Shown here: in pieces, positions 1-10,397 of the stretch
Position numbering within the stretch: the first letter of the stretch is position 1
How the letters are laid out: each line of letters opens with the position of its first letter
DNA from: Gekko japonicus
Lineage: Eukaryota
Direction: 5' to 3'
Length of the DNA: 64,000 bases
Assembly: GCF_001447785.1 (NCBI RefSeq)
Contig: NW_015159716.1
Coordinates: 1,192,303-1,256,302 of the forward strand
Notes under the pieces: generated by a model
Seen by the model: only the letters and a program-made list of their open reading frames with translations
What the model was told of the DNA's origin: nothing
Databases searched by the model: none
Position numbers and translations under genes: made by a program

Positions 1-207
1 CCTTCCAACCTGAGGGGCTCATCTTCCGGCGTCATATCTTTTAGCCTTTTGGTACTTTCCATGGGGTTTTCTTGGCAAAAGTACTGGAGTGGGTTGCCAT
101 TTCCTTCTCCAGGGGGATCACTCTTGGTCTGAGTTCTCTGCTGTGGCCTGTCCGTCTTGGGTGGCCCTTCACGGCATAGCCCACAGCTTCATTGAACTGC
201 TCAAGCC
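1..207 (-). mobile_element. BovB (RTE-clade) LINE fragment
   Basis: Contains ggcaaaagtactggagtgggttgccatttccttctccagggg and gtcttgggtggcccttcacggcatagcccacagcttcattga, which I recognise as BovB/Bov-A-type sequence; runs into the N gap at 208. Confidence 0.75.
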
Positions 208-659
208 NNNNNNNNNNNNNNNNNNNNNNNNNNNNNNNNNNNNNNNNNNNNNNNNNNNNNNNNNNNNNNNNNNNNNNNNNNNNNNNNNNNNNNNNNNNNN
301 NNNNNNNNNNNNNNNNNNNNNNNNNNNNNNNNNNNNNNNNNNNNNNNNNNNNNNNNAGTGCATAATCCTTCCCCAGTCTTTTCAGGCCACAACCCCCTTT
401 CCTTGGGTTGCCAATCTCCAGGTGGCACCTGGAGAGCTGCTATTACAGTTGATCTCCAGATGACCAAGATCCATTCTTCTGGAGAAGACGGCGGCTCTGG
501 AGTCTGTGGCTCTGCTGACGNNNNNNNNNNNNNNNNNNNNNNNNNNNNNNNNNNNNNNNNNNNNNNNNNNNNNNNNNNNNNNNNNNNNNNNNNNNNNNNN
601 NNNNNNNNNNNNNNNNNCAGAGCTGGCAACCCTGCCCTTCCGTCTGTTTTTTTTATTGA

Positions 660-905
660 AACAGGTTTAGATAGATTTATAGAGAATAGATCAATTAACG
701 ACCATTAGCTATGAAGTCTAAATGGAGCCTTCATGTACAGAGGGAGTGTACCTGTAAATGCCAGTTACTGAGGGCAACAACCAAGAAAGGCTTTGGCCTA
801 TGTGCCCCTTGTTGGCCAGCTAGATGAGCCCTGTGGGGAAACTGGATGTTTGACTAAATAGACCAGTGGCCTGATCCAGCAAAGGCCAGGCTCATGTACT
901 CATGC
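660..905 (+). mobile_element. CR1 LINE 3' end fragment
   Basis: ttagatagatttatagagaataga...gaccagtggcctgatccagcaaaggc resembles the 3' end of the long CR1 at about 51330-51575. Similar fragments lie at 18775-18930, 41160-41320 and 62665-62930 (all minus). Confidence 0.65.
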
Positions 906-1131
906 TTCCTCCTTGGTTTCCTATGGGCTTCTGAGACTAGAAAAAAAAATTCTGATTCAGGAGGTGAGATAAGCAAGTTTGGGACAGGTGGAGAAACAGG
1001 ATAGCTTAGCACATGTTGAGCTCCTACATTTAACTTAGGCTTGGGATGCAATGCCCCGGGAAGCCTGCATTTCACAATCCAAGTCGGCACCTCCCAAACT
1101 CATTCCCATTCCAATCCTCTCTTACGCTTAC

Positions 1132-1204
1132 CTGGAATAAATCTTTGGATCTTCTTGTTGAAGAAAGGTCGGTATGAGGACATCACCACAGGAATGACTG
1201 GGAC
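1132..1204 (-). CDS. AGPAT1: AGPAT1-like coding exon 5 (VPVIPVVMSSYRPFFNKKIQRFIPG; motif IV)
   Basis: Acceptor gcacggcag|GTC and donor CCAG|gtaagc; 73 nt, the size I recall for the equivalent AGPAT1/2 exon; aligns with AGPAT1 VPIVPIVMSSY. Confidence 0.92.
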
Positions 1205-3255
1205 CTGCCGTGCAAAGCCACACAATTAAAACTTTTTATAAAATTTGTATCGATCATCGAGTAGTCTTACTCTGATTGCTGGTGTTATAGGGGGAATTTT
1301 TTGCCCGTTGTCTTATTCTCCCTCATTTTGTGCGGTTTTAGGTGGTTTCTTTGTTTACTGAGATTCTAAGCCACGCTTTCAGAACAGTGTAGAACAAATA
1401 TAAAACAATGAAATACCAATAAGATACTGAAATATCAATCAAAATCAATATAACATTAGATTAAAACGGTAGCAGGAGTCAGGGAGATCTCAGTTTTAGA
1501 AGGCAAACATAAAACAGGAAGGTTTCCTCTCCTGTCCAGAATGCCTGCAGGGAGGGACCCAAATGGGTTTCATGCGGAAGGACATTTCAGAGGTCTAGAG
1601 AAACCACAGAAAAGACCCTCTTATATATGGAGTCCAATCTGGTCTACCTGAAAGACAGAACTAGTGAGAAGTTCTCTCCAATCAATCTTAAATTACAGGG
1701 ATATTCATGTTAGAGTCTCTTTGAGATAAAAGGTACCCAGATTGTCTAGTGTTTGACAGGCTAAGGCCAGAATCCTGAATTTGCTCCAGAAATACATAGG
1801 AAGCCTGTGCAGTTGCTTTAATAGTCATAGAATAGCTCACTGACTAACAGTTGACATAAATCTGGCTATGGCATTTTGCGCTAGCTGAACTTCAAGGGTA
1901 GCCCCACACAGAGGGCATTGCAGTAGTCTAATCTAGGACGCTGCCTTCGTTGAGAAGATCCAAAGTAGAATGTTACCTGCACAGAGATATGGAGCTGGAG
2001 TCCATAAATTCAGATAACTTCTTCCAGCTGTTTCATGCAGATATTAAAACCATGATTTTGGCCCCTAAGGAACCATATTCTCTTGTTCCCAGAAAGTAGA
2101 ACAGCAGTCTCACCAAACCAACATTTGTCCAAAAAGGCAGTGGGACTCTGCAAAACCAATCCATCTCCAAAACCTATGAGATATTCCAAAAGGACACCCA
2201 GCTGATGGTAATGAAAGTTGCTGAGAAATCTAGAAAAATCAGCAGTTCTGCTGGCCTTCTCCCGATGTAAGGCATTTATCATATTGTCCAGCTCACCAAC
2301 TATCATCTGCTTCACAGGGCCTGCTGTCTATGCTCCTACCTTCAAAGTAAGGTGAGCTGGAAACCAGAGACAGGGCCTTTTCTGTAGTGGCACCTTGCTT
2401 GAGGAATGCCCTTCCCTTTAAGGCTCACCTGGTGTCTATGTTACTTTCTTCTAGGTGCCAGACCAAAATGTTTTTGTTCACCCAGGCTTCTGAATAAGGG
2501 ATTGGTTTTTTAATATTGTTTTAGTCTGGAAACTACTATTTTAAGGTGACAAGGCTCTGTTTTTATAGTCTGTGTTTTCATGCTGGGCTGAGTTTTTAAT
2601 GCTAAATTTTAATGCATATCTTTTAATGTTTTGAATTTATCATTTTTTAAAAAAAAAAATTGTAAGCTGCCTCAGACAGGATCCTGGAGAGACAGCATGA
2701 ACGTTTTCTAAATAAATAAATTATGCCAGAGCAGCCAGGACAATGTCCATATCAAACTAAAGCCTAAAGCCTCAAAGGAATAGATTTAGTGGGCCGTTTC
2801 CTGCTTTAGGCTGGAAGCCTTCTTCCAACAGAACATCCACTTTAATAAAAGGAAGGCTCTTTAAACTGGCGAAAGGCATCAAATGTTACAAGTGGAGTGG
2901 TAGATGATATAGGCTTATAAGTATTGAGACTAGCTGGGTATAGATTTTTTTCCACTAAAAGAGGAGTCCAATGACTATCTCCTTTAGATAGGTTAAATAA
3001 ATAAGAAAACTCCTGATGCAGTGAAAACTCCTGATGGAGTGCCCTAAAAAAGAGAATAAACCAACCCAACTGGCCAGTGTATCATTTCTACATGTCACTA
3101 CCAACAATGGGTATAGACTGGCAATATGTGGTGGCATGCCCAGTCTGGAGCCTTTGTTACAATTAAACTGATGAAAGCAACACTGACTAGTGGCAACCCT
3201 AAAGAGCTCAGGTACATAGTTATCAATATGAATAAATAGCTGGTATGGAAGACTG

Positions 3256-3470
3256 AGCCCTGACCAGGATGTCCCAGGCTAACCTGATCTTGTCAGAACT
3301 CAGAAGCTAAGTAGGGTAGGCCCTGGTTTGTACTTGGATGGGAGACCACCAAGGAAGTAGGGGGTTACTATGCAGAGGCAGCAACTGCAATCCACCTCTG
3401 AAGTCTCTTGCCTTGACAACCCCATGAGGGGTCACCATAAGTCTGCTGTGACTTAACAGCACTTTACCCA
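3256..3470 (+). mobile_element. 5S rRNA-derived SINE (5S-Sauria-like)
   Basis: 5S-like head (gatcttgtcagaactcagaagctaag...ggatgggagaccaccaagga) joined to a Sauria-type body (ggcaactgcaatccacctctg...ggggtcaccataagtc). Other copies at about 4316-4448(-), 21425-21623(-), 24801-25015, 35017-35245, 40898-41120, 55071-55258 and 63641-63850. Confidence 0.75.
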
Positions 3471-3757
3471 CACACCTAGCGTTGCAAGGTCCCCCCCTCC
3501 TCCTCAGCCACTGGCAGGGGATGGGGGGGGGGGGGAGAGCGGCCAGATCCAGGTTGGGAAACCCCAAGAGATTTGGAGAGACCTCAGTGGAGTACAATGC
3601 CACAGAGTCCACCCTCCAAAGCATGTGTTTTCTCCATGAGAAGTGATCTCTGTAGTCTGGAGTTGAGCTGTAATTTCAAGGGATCCCCAGGTCCCACCTG
3701 GAGGCTGGCATCCCTAACACACACCAACAGGGAAGACTGAGAGGCAGATGATCTCAC

Positions 3758-3853
3758 CTGGGCTTTCACAGCCAGATGGAAGGCTCCATGTTGAAATGGC
3801 AGCATGGTGGTGTAGTAGTTTTTGGTGCCTTCGGGAAACACCCAGATCCGCAG
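3758..3853 (-). CDS. AGPAT1: AGPAT1-like coding exon 4 (LRIWVFPEGTKNYYTTMLPFQHGAFHLAVKAQ; motif III)
   Basis: Acceptor cccctctcctccag|CTG and donor CAG|gtgaga; 96 nt; contains the FPEGT acyltransferase motif III. Confidence 0.95.
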
Positions 3854-3937
3854 CTGGAGGAGAGGGGAAAGAGAAAACAGAAATGACAAGTAGGGATCGG
3901 TCATACAGTGTTGCACAGTGTTTTGAATCATGGGGGG

Positions 3938-4295
3938 CAATGTTCCCTCTAAGCTGTGGAGTCTTGTGAGCAAAAAAAAAGAGCAGTTTGTGTCAGAGTT
4001 CTCTCAGCCCCACCTACCTCACAGGGTGTCTGTTGTGGGGAGGGGAAGGGAAAGGAGTTTGTAAGCCGCTCTGAGACTCCAAGTGAAGGGCGGGGTATAA
4101 ATTCAATCTCCTCCTCCTCCTCCAAAAATTCCACTTTGTGAGCTACTGGCATTAAAGCTGTGAGCGAGCAATTTGGCTACTGCATACATTAGTTTCCTCT
4201 GGAGCCCTCCTTCCTGAGCTGAGACAAAAATGTGTGAGCCGGAGGCTAAAAAACTGTGAGCTAGCTTACACTAACTCAGCTTAGAGGGAACACTG
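3938..4295. mobile_element. hAT-type MITE (TIR CA(A/G)TGTTCCCTCTAAGC) interrupted by a 5'-truncated SINE at about 3977-4121
   Basis: Terminal inverted repeats caatgttccctctaagctg / cagcttagagggaacactg. Uninterrupted copies at 29709-29912 (8-bp TSD cttgtgac) and 52561-52766 (TSD gtagtgtc/gtagtgcc). Confidence 0.85.
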
Positions 4296-5243
4296 ATTGG
4301 GGTGTGTGGCTTGCTTGCCTGCCTTTGTGTCCTGGGCCTGGCCCTGGTATTCCTTGGAGGTCTCCCATCCGAGTACTTGCCAGGGTCAGCCCTGCTTAGC
4401 TTCCAAGATCTGACAAGATCAGGCTTGCCTGCGCTATGCTTCTGGTCCCTGTAGCACTATGTTCACCAGAGACTGACAACCAGGGAAGCTGCTCTCCATG
4501 GTGATATTCAGCTTGGCAGAATTTTACAGAAATGAAGTGCAGTTGTTGGGGGACCGGTAAGAAGGTCCCCCCCCCTCTCTCACACACCCCAACACTATCT
4601 AGGGTTACCAACTCTGGACTGGGAAATTTCTGGAGAATTGGGAGTGGGCCCTGGGGAAATGAGAGGCCCCAGTGGGGTACAAAGCCATAGAGTCTACCCT
4701 TGAAAGCAGCCATTTTCTCCAGGGGAACTGATTCCGGCCGTCTGGAGATCAATTGTAATAGTGGGAGATCTCCAGGTGCCGCCTGGACATTGGCAACCTT
4801 AAGTATACAGTAGCCTTGTATGGGCAGTCACGTTAGTATGCCCACTGGGTTTTTGACAAAGGGCCTGGATAAGGATGTATGTAAGATAATAGCAAACTAC
4901 TGGCTCAGCCACTTACTGGTTTCTCTGAGGAGACTCTTGTCCTGCCCTTAGCATTGCAGGGATAAATAAGGGCTCCAAGAACATCACAATCTTACTCCTT
5001 CAAGAATCCATGGATAATAAAGATTTAATAATAATAATAAAAAAAGAATCCATGGCTATGAGTTTTAAATAATCTGTGGATGGGGTTGATACTCAGTTTC
5101 AAGGGTGCCAACATGAATACTGGTGATCCTGTTTTTGGCCTGTATAGTACCAGGCCAAGGCTACCTCTGAGCGCAGGGAGGCAGAGACCCTGATTTGGCA
5201 GGTGGTGGTTGAACTGTAGGGCACATCATGGTTCTTTACTCAC

Positions 5244-5419
5244 ATTGTCCTGGACCATGGTCTCTGCTACCACTGCCATGATGCTGGTGCTGTCTGCTGC
5301 CTTCTTGTTGTCAGTGATAATGAAGCCACTCAGCCAGCAGACCACTGCCACGGTCAGCATGTAGAAGATCTCTTTCGTGACAATGAGGGTAGATCGCTGT
5401 GGCAAAACCTGAATCATCC
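5244..5419 (-). CDS. AGPAT1: AGPAT1-like coding exon 3 (GMIQVLPQRSTLIVTKEIF...CWLSGFIITDNKK...MVQDN; motif II region)
   Basis: Acceptor ttctaacccag|GG ATG and donor AAT|gtgagt; 176 nt; phases compatible with exons 2 and 4. Confidence 0.92.
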
Positions 5420-6052
5420 CTGGGTTAGAAATATGGAAGAAATTCAGAAAGGGTGGTCAGTTGTAACCTTTCCCCCCACCTTCCTTAGGACAGCACCAAA
5501 CCAGATGAAATACTGCCTGGAGCTCCTGGTGTTGTTGTTGTTGTTTAATGCAGTGGTCAGGCATGGAAGGGCTCAATTCTGATTATGACTGTCGGGTGGG
5601 GTGTGGTGGGCCTCCCATGCCATTTTTCCGACCTGAAAGTGTTGGGGAGCTATGAGATTTGCCCCATTGACTACTCATACCTGTACCCTAAGGTGCAGAG
5701 AGACCTGTGTTCAAATCCCCACTTAGAGATGATGCCAACTGGATGATCTTGGGCGACTCACTGTATCTCCACATAAGCCTCACAGGGTTATCATGTAGNN
5801 NNNNNNNNNNNNNNNNNNNNNNNNNNNNNAATGGAAATACATATGCCACCCAAGTTTCATGGTTAGATACGAATGTAATAAACACTGGAACTGGAGGAAC
5901 AAGAGCTCCTGTAAGGCTCCTGTAAGGCTGTTGCTTTTGTTTGGGAAATAGATTCAGGATAGACAAAATAAAGTATTTTACGGTATACAGTCTTCATAAT
6001 TAACTTGTGGAACTCCCTGTTATAAAGGGTGATGATGGTTGTTCGCTTAGAT

Positions 6053-6488
6053 CAGGGATGTCAAACATGCGGCCAGGGGGCCGGATCAGGCCCCCAGAGG
6101 GCTTCTATCAGGCCCACAGTGGAACTGGCTGTCTTCTGCTTCTTCTTCCAGTTCTGCCGCTGCTGCGTCATCGTAGGTTTGCAGCTTACAGATACACACC
6201 TGAACAGCATACTCAAGATTGCAACAGCACAGACATTTTGATACAATAATTCAGAGCAAGAGGTGTCAGTTATCAGACACTGTTAAATAAACAAAACATT
6301 GTAAGAGTGCTAATGTTTTAAGCGTGTTTTTATTTTAAGTTAAAAAAAATCCCTTTGTGTTTGTGTCCTTTTATAAAGTTTATATCTCTGCTACCTGGCA
6401 TTACATTTTATGACACACATGGCCCGGCCCAACAAGGTCTCATTTATGTCAGATCCGGCCCTCATAGCAAATGAGTTCGACACCCGTG
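6053..6488. mobile_element. hAT (Charlie-like) non-autonomous DNA transposon
   Basis: Ends cagggatgtcaaac / gttcgacacccgtg; perfect 8-bp TSD gcttagat; sits inside a CR1 remnant. Confidence 0.85.
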
Positions 6489-6546
6489 GCTTAGATCGCC
6501 TTTAAAGGGGATTAGAGAAATTCACGGATGATGTATGGATGATATG

Positions 6547-6758
6547 GGAGGGGGTGTGGCTCAGTGGCAGAGCCTCTGATTTGCATGCAGGATGTCTCAG
6601 GTCAATCCGAAGCATATCCAGGTAAAAGGACCCGGTAGCAGGAGATGTGAAAGACCTCCACCTGAGCCCCTGGAGAGCTGCTGACAATCTGAATAGAAAA
6701 TACTGATCTTCATGGGCTGATGGTCTTATTCAGAGTAGGGCAGCTTCATCATCTGTGT
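6547..6758 (+). mobile_element. tRNA-derived SINE
   Basis: A-box-like gtggctcagtggcagag and B-box-like ggtcaatcc. Related copies at about 12050-12170, 23955-24157(-), 40290-40480(-), 51700-51885(-), 56010-56130(-) and 57500-57690(-). Confidence 0.7.
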
Positions 6759-6883
6759 TAATTTGACAGGTCTATCAATGGCTATTAGCTGTGATGGCTA
6801 CAAGGAACTTCCATGTTCTTTGTCTAGAAACATATAAATCTCATGTTTTATGATGGTACACCTGAACTACCATTAAACATGAT

Positions 6884-7196
6884 CAGGGCTCTAGTCGGGG
6901 GGGAGCTCTCAGGTACGGAGCTCCGGAAGAGAACCTCTAGGGGGCGGGGCGGTCACGTGGTGAAGCCCCGCCCCCTTCTTTACCCCGCCCTCTGCTTCGA
7001 TCCTCATTCCGTTTGGGAATGAGGATGAAGCAGGAGGGTAAGTAGCCGGGCCTTCTGACACACTTCCAGTGATGTCAGGGAGTGTGGCCTTCTGTCACTT
7101 CCGGTGATGTCAGGGGGCGTGGCATATGCAAATAAGTTATGCTAATGAGTTATGCTAATGAGCTCCGGCAGCTCTTTTTCTACAACAAGACCCCTG
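6884..7196. mobile_element. hAT-type MITE carrying ATGC(A/T)AAT repeats
   Basis: Ends cagggct / acccctg; perfect 8-bp TSD aacatgat. Family members at 38377-38717, 42040-42341, 56962-57356, about 60973-61400 and 62125-62519. Confidence 0.85.
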
Positions 7197-7269
7197 AACA
7201 TGATACTGGTGCTCCGTATTTGATTTTACTCACCCACTTTCACCAGTGTCGGTCTCAGGTTAGTTTCAG

Positions 7270-7870
7270 ATGCTTAGCCATGTTGGTCTGGAGTGGAAGA
7301 GCTAGATTTGAGTCCAGAAGCACTCTAGAGCAAGGTTTTTGGGGTATAAGCTTTTGAGAGTTGTAATGTATCCGGTTCAGACAAGTCCAGACAAGTCCAG
7401 AGACAAACGTGGAGCTTCGCTCCAAGAGACAATGGACTATGCGGATCCTAGCCCACTCCAATCAGGGGGCTAGGTTCCCGGCCGAGAGCCTATGGGGCTC
7501 TTGGCCACTGTAAATAACCTATAGGGAAGTAGGGGTGTGTTTTGGGTGGCGGTTTCTCGGAGGATATAAGCCGGCCTGCGAGCCGGCCAAAGTTGTCTTG
7601 TTCCTGATTGAATAAAGTACGTTTTGCTGAAATCACTCTCCGTCTGCGTACTTTTCAAGAGTTAAAGCTCCCTTTGTCATATATCTGACTCAAATCAGTC
7701 TCAGATTGTTTATAAGTCTGACGAAGGGAGCTTTAACTCTCAAAAGTTGATACCCCCCCAAATCTTGTTGGTCTCTGAGGTGTTACTGGTGTCAAATCAG
7801 TCTCAGGTTATTTTCTCTGTAGGTCAATTGATGCAAATGCAACACCTTTTTGCTTGTAGCAGACTGTGGT
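7270..7870. mobile_element. Penelope-like-element-derived palindromic repeat (interrupted by a solo LTR)
   Basis: Inverted arms gatttgagtccagaagcactctagag...aaagctccctttgtca and ctgacgaagggagctttaactctcaaaag...ttggtctctgaggtgttactgg. Relatives at about 11030-11260, 33840-33945, 43620-43820, 60620-60800 and 61160-61210. Confidence 0.65.
7362..7657 (+). mobile_element. Solo LTR (Gypsy/ERV type), 296 bp
   Basis: Starts TGTAA and ends TTTCA; 5-bp TSD agagt; TATA-like gatataag at about 7563 and AATAAA at about 7611; CpGs largely intact. Confidence 0.88.
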
Positions 7871-8555
7871 CTGGACTGTACAGAACTGGTAGAGGTGGGT
7901 CAACTGGTCCTGCCTCATGGCAAGGGAGTTTCTGGGCCTTTCCAACAAGTTAAATGGGGGTGGGAATCACAACATGCTTAGCACGGGTTGACTCTCAAAG
8001 ATGGTTTGGAACATTCAGCCAGTGCAAATCGCAGAAGTCAATGAGAATCTGCCACAATGAATGAACCTGTGACACTGTTTTTTGTGTCAATTGCACCCGC
8101 TTCNNNNNNNNNNNNNNNNNNNNNNNNNNNNNNNNNNNNNNNNNNNNNNNNNNNNNNNNNNNNNNNNNNNTGCTGAACCCAATTCAAGATGCTGTTTTTA
8201 ACGTTTAAAGCTGTAAACGGCTAGTTCCTAATTTCCCGAAGGATAGCTTTCTACCCCTTCAGCCTGCCCAGGCTATAAGGTCATCAGGTGAGGCCTTCCA
8301 GTGGGTACTGTGCAACCGGAAGCATGCCCGGGAGATCCACGGGAGGCCTTTTTGGCTTCTGCCAATCTAAAGAACTCCCCCCACATCCTCTGTGGTCTTC
8401 GCAGAAGGATCTTGAAACGTTTTCTTTTTGTACAGAAAACTTTGAATGATTAAATGACTCTTTGATGAGATAACCCTGGCTATTGCAATGATTAAATGAC
8501 TCTTTGATGAGATAACGCTGGCTATTCAATTATTTTATACTGTTTTGACGGCAGG

Positions 8556-8659
8556 CCACGTTACTCTGATGATTGGCAACTATGACATATGCCCCTTCCA
8601 GGTTTAAGTTCGTAGCGCCCTGTATGCTGATCTTAATGCCAAGGGTGTATTTCAAAGGC
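8556..8659 (-). pseudogene. Partial duplicate of AGPAT1-like exon 2 in intron 2
   Basis: 104-nt ungapped match to 8804-8907 with 9 mismatches (hand count); lacks both original splice sites. Confidence 0.9.
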
Positions 8660-8794
8660 TGGGTTGTACTTATACCGAGTACATTTTCTTATTGTTTGTG
8701 TGTGTGCTGCCTTGGATATCTTTGGGTAAGGAAGGTGGTGTAGAAGCCAGCCAGCTCGCTCAAATATCAATGCTAGATTGTGCTGCCAACATAC

Positions 8795-8928
8795 CAAGAT
8801 AGTCCACGTTGCTCTGATGATTGGCGACCATGATGTATGGCCCTTCCAGGTTTAAGTTCGTAGCGCCCTGCACGCTGATCTTAATGCCAAGGATGTATTT
8901 CAAAGGCAACATTACGAAGCGAAGGACT
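8795..8928 (-). CDS. AGPAT1: AGPAT1-like coding exon 2 (VLRFVMLPLKYILGIKISVQG...MVANHQSNVDYL; catalytic HX4D)
   Basis: Acceptor ttgcccccctag|A GTC and donor CTTG|gtatgt; 134 nt; NHQSNVD motif I. Confidence 0.95.
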
Positions 8929-9860
8929 CTAGGGGGGCAAGAACAGAGACGTTGTACATAGGCCATGCAGGTGAGGAACAGGAAGAAGAAGTATATGAGC
9001 AGGGTGGTGATAACAGTACTGTCCATGTTTGTGAAATTGTTCATCGATACAATTTGACAGCAGCCACAGACTCCTGGGAATCTTAGCATTTATTTTGCTT
9101 TTTAAATTCATCTTTCTAGCACATAGGGCTATTACATGAGAACTTCAGTTGCTTTAGAATATGGCAGTTCAATAACTGTCGCTTCACATATATTACTCCC
9201 CCCCCTAAAGTAATTGCTGTGGTTTCCTGTGTATTTCCCGAATTCAATTTGATATGCTGTTGTTGGTTTTTTTAAAATCTTTTGAAACCCTTCACAGCCT
9301 GGGACCTATGTACTTGAAGGACTGTCTCTCCCCCTATGTGACATCTCCAATTTCAGCAGCTCCTCCTCTTGTAAGGGAAGTCAAAGTCAAAGTGAGGGAA
9401 GTAAAATCAACCCCTGCGTGATTCTCGGGCCTCTTCTGTCGTGGCCTTTTATGTGGAACACCTATCCAGAGATTGTTAGAAATGCACCTTTCTTAAAAAA
9501 AGGAAACTGCACCAGCAAACTATGGAGGAGGGTTTTGGGGTGTTGATGATAATACTGTGCTCTGCTGATGTTTTAGATGCTGCCTGGCTTGTTGTCTGGT
9601 TTTATTATCTTGTACTATGATTTTATACTTAGAAATTGGTTGGTTTTCGATATTATCATACCCTGCTTTGGGTCCCATTTTTCCAGAGAAAGTGAAGCTT
9701 AAAGTATTTGATGGAACAAAAGTTTTTCAGCTTAAGGTAGTTTCCCTAAAACTGTACTCCTTCCCCCCCCCACACACCTTCACTTGAGCAAGGCTGCCAC
9801 TTTTGGAAGAAGGACTTCTAGCCTTTTGTAGTTTTCTTAACTCTGCTAGTTAACCATTCT

Positions 9861-10080
9861 TAGGGTTGCCAGGTCTGGGTTGGAAAATACCTGGAGACTT
9901 TGGGGGTGGATCCAGGAGAGGGCGGGGGTTTGGGGAGGGGAGGGGCCTCAGCATGGAACAATGCCATGGAGTCCACTCTTCAAAGCAGCCATTGTCTCCA
10001 GGGGAGCTGATCTCTGTCAGCTGGAGATCTGTTGTGAAAGCAGGAGATCTCCAGGCCCCACCTGGAGGCTGGCAACCCTG
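9861..10080. mobile_element. hAT (Blackjack-like TIR TAGGGTTGCCA) MITE
   Basis: TIRs tagggttgcca / tggcaaccctg; perfect 8-bp TSD accattct. Copies at about 405-632, 3477-3716, 4599-4801, 29290-29507, 45915-46070, 46848-47063 and 54310-54527. Confidence 0.88.
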
Positions 10081-10212
10081 ACCATTCTGGAGTTCCTTGT
10101 GTTTGTGTAGTGTTGCCAGCAGGCCCGGAGAAAAATGTCTTCTCCCTTTAAGAGGGGCTTAATGTGTGGAAGTTGGCAATGGCAGCTGAAGCTGAAGCAA
10201 TAGTCTACTCAC

Positions 10213-10397
10213 CTCATATTTGCCACATTTCTTCCCCGGAGAGCCACCACAGGAAGCACGAGGACGGACATGCCCAACATCCAGCCAATTAAAAAACAAA
10301 CCCGAAAGTAATATCGAAAAGTGTTGCTGTACTGATAGAGGAGCAGGGCCCCGACGAAGAAGAGGATGAAGTTGGTGAGGGCTAGGGACAGGGCCAT
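10213..10397 (-). CDS. AGPAT1: AGPAT1-like coding exon 1 (MALSLALTNFILFFVGALLLYQYS...VVALRGRNVANM), hydrophobic N-terminus
   Basis: Good Kozak context (accATGg) at 10397; donor ATGAG|gtgagt in phase 2, matching exon 2. RGRNVANMR resembles AGPAT1 RGRNVENMK. WVFPEGT, FHLAV and VMSSY favour AGPAT1 over AGPAT2; may be a paralog rather than the ortholog. Confidence 0.9.

Noticed and set aside
208-617. ORFs spanning N runs; possible location of AGPAT exon 6
   Set aside because: Gap artefacts flanked by repeats; the last exon cannot be placed and probably lies left of the window.
3256-3360. Multiple 5S-like segments as rRNA genes
   Set aside because: Diverged, lack the 5S 5' end and terminator, and are fused to SINE bodies.
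6547-6625. tRNA-like sequences (also at 21715 and others)
   Set aside because: SINE heads continuous with SINE bodies; no intact cloverleaf.
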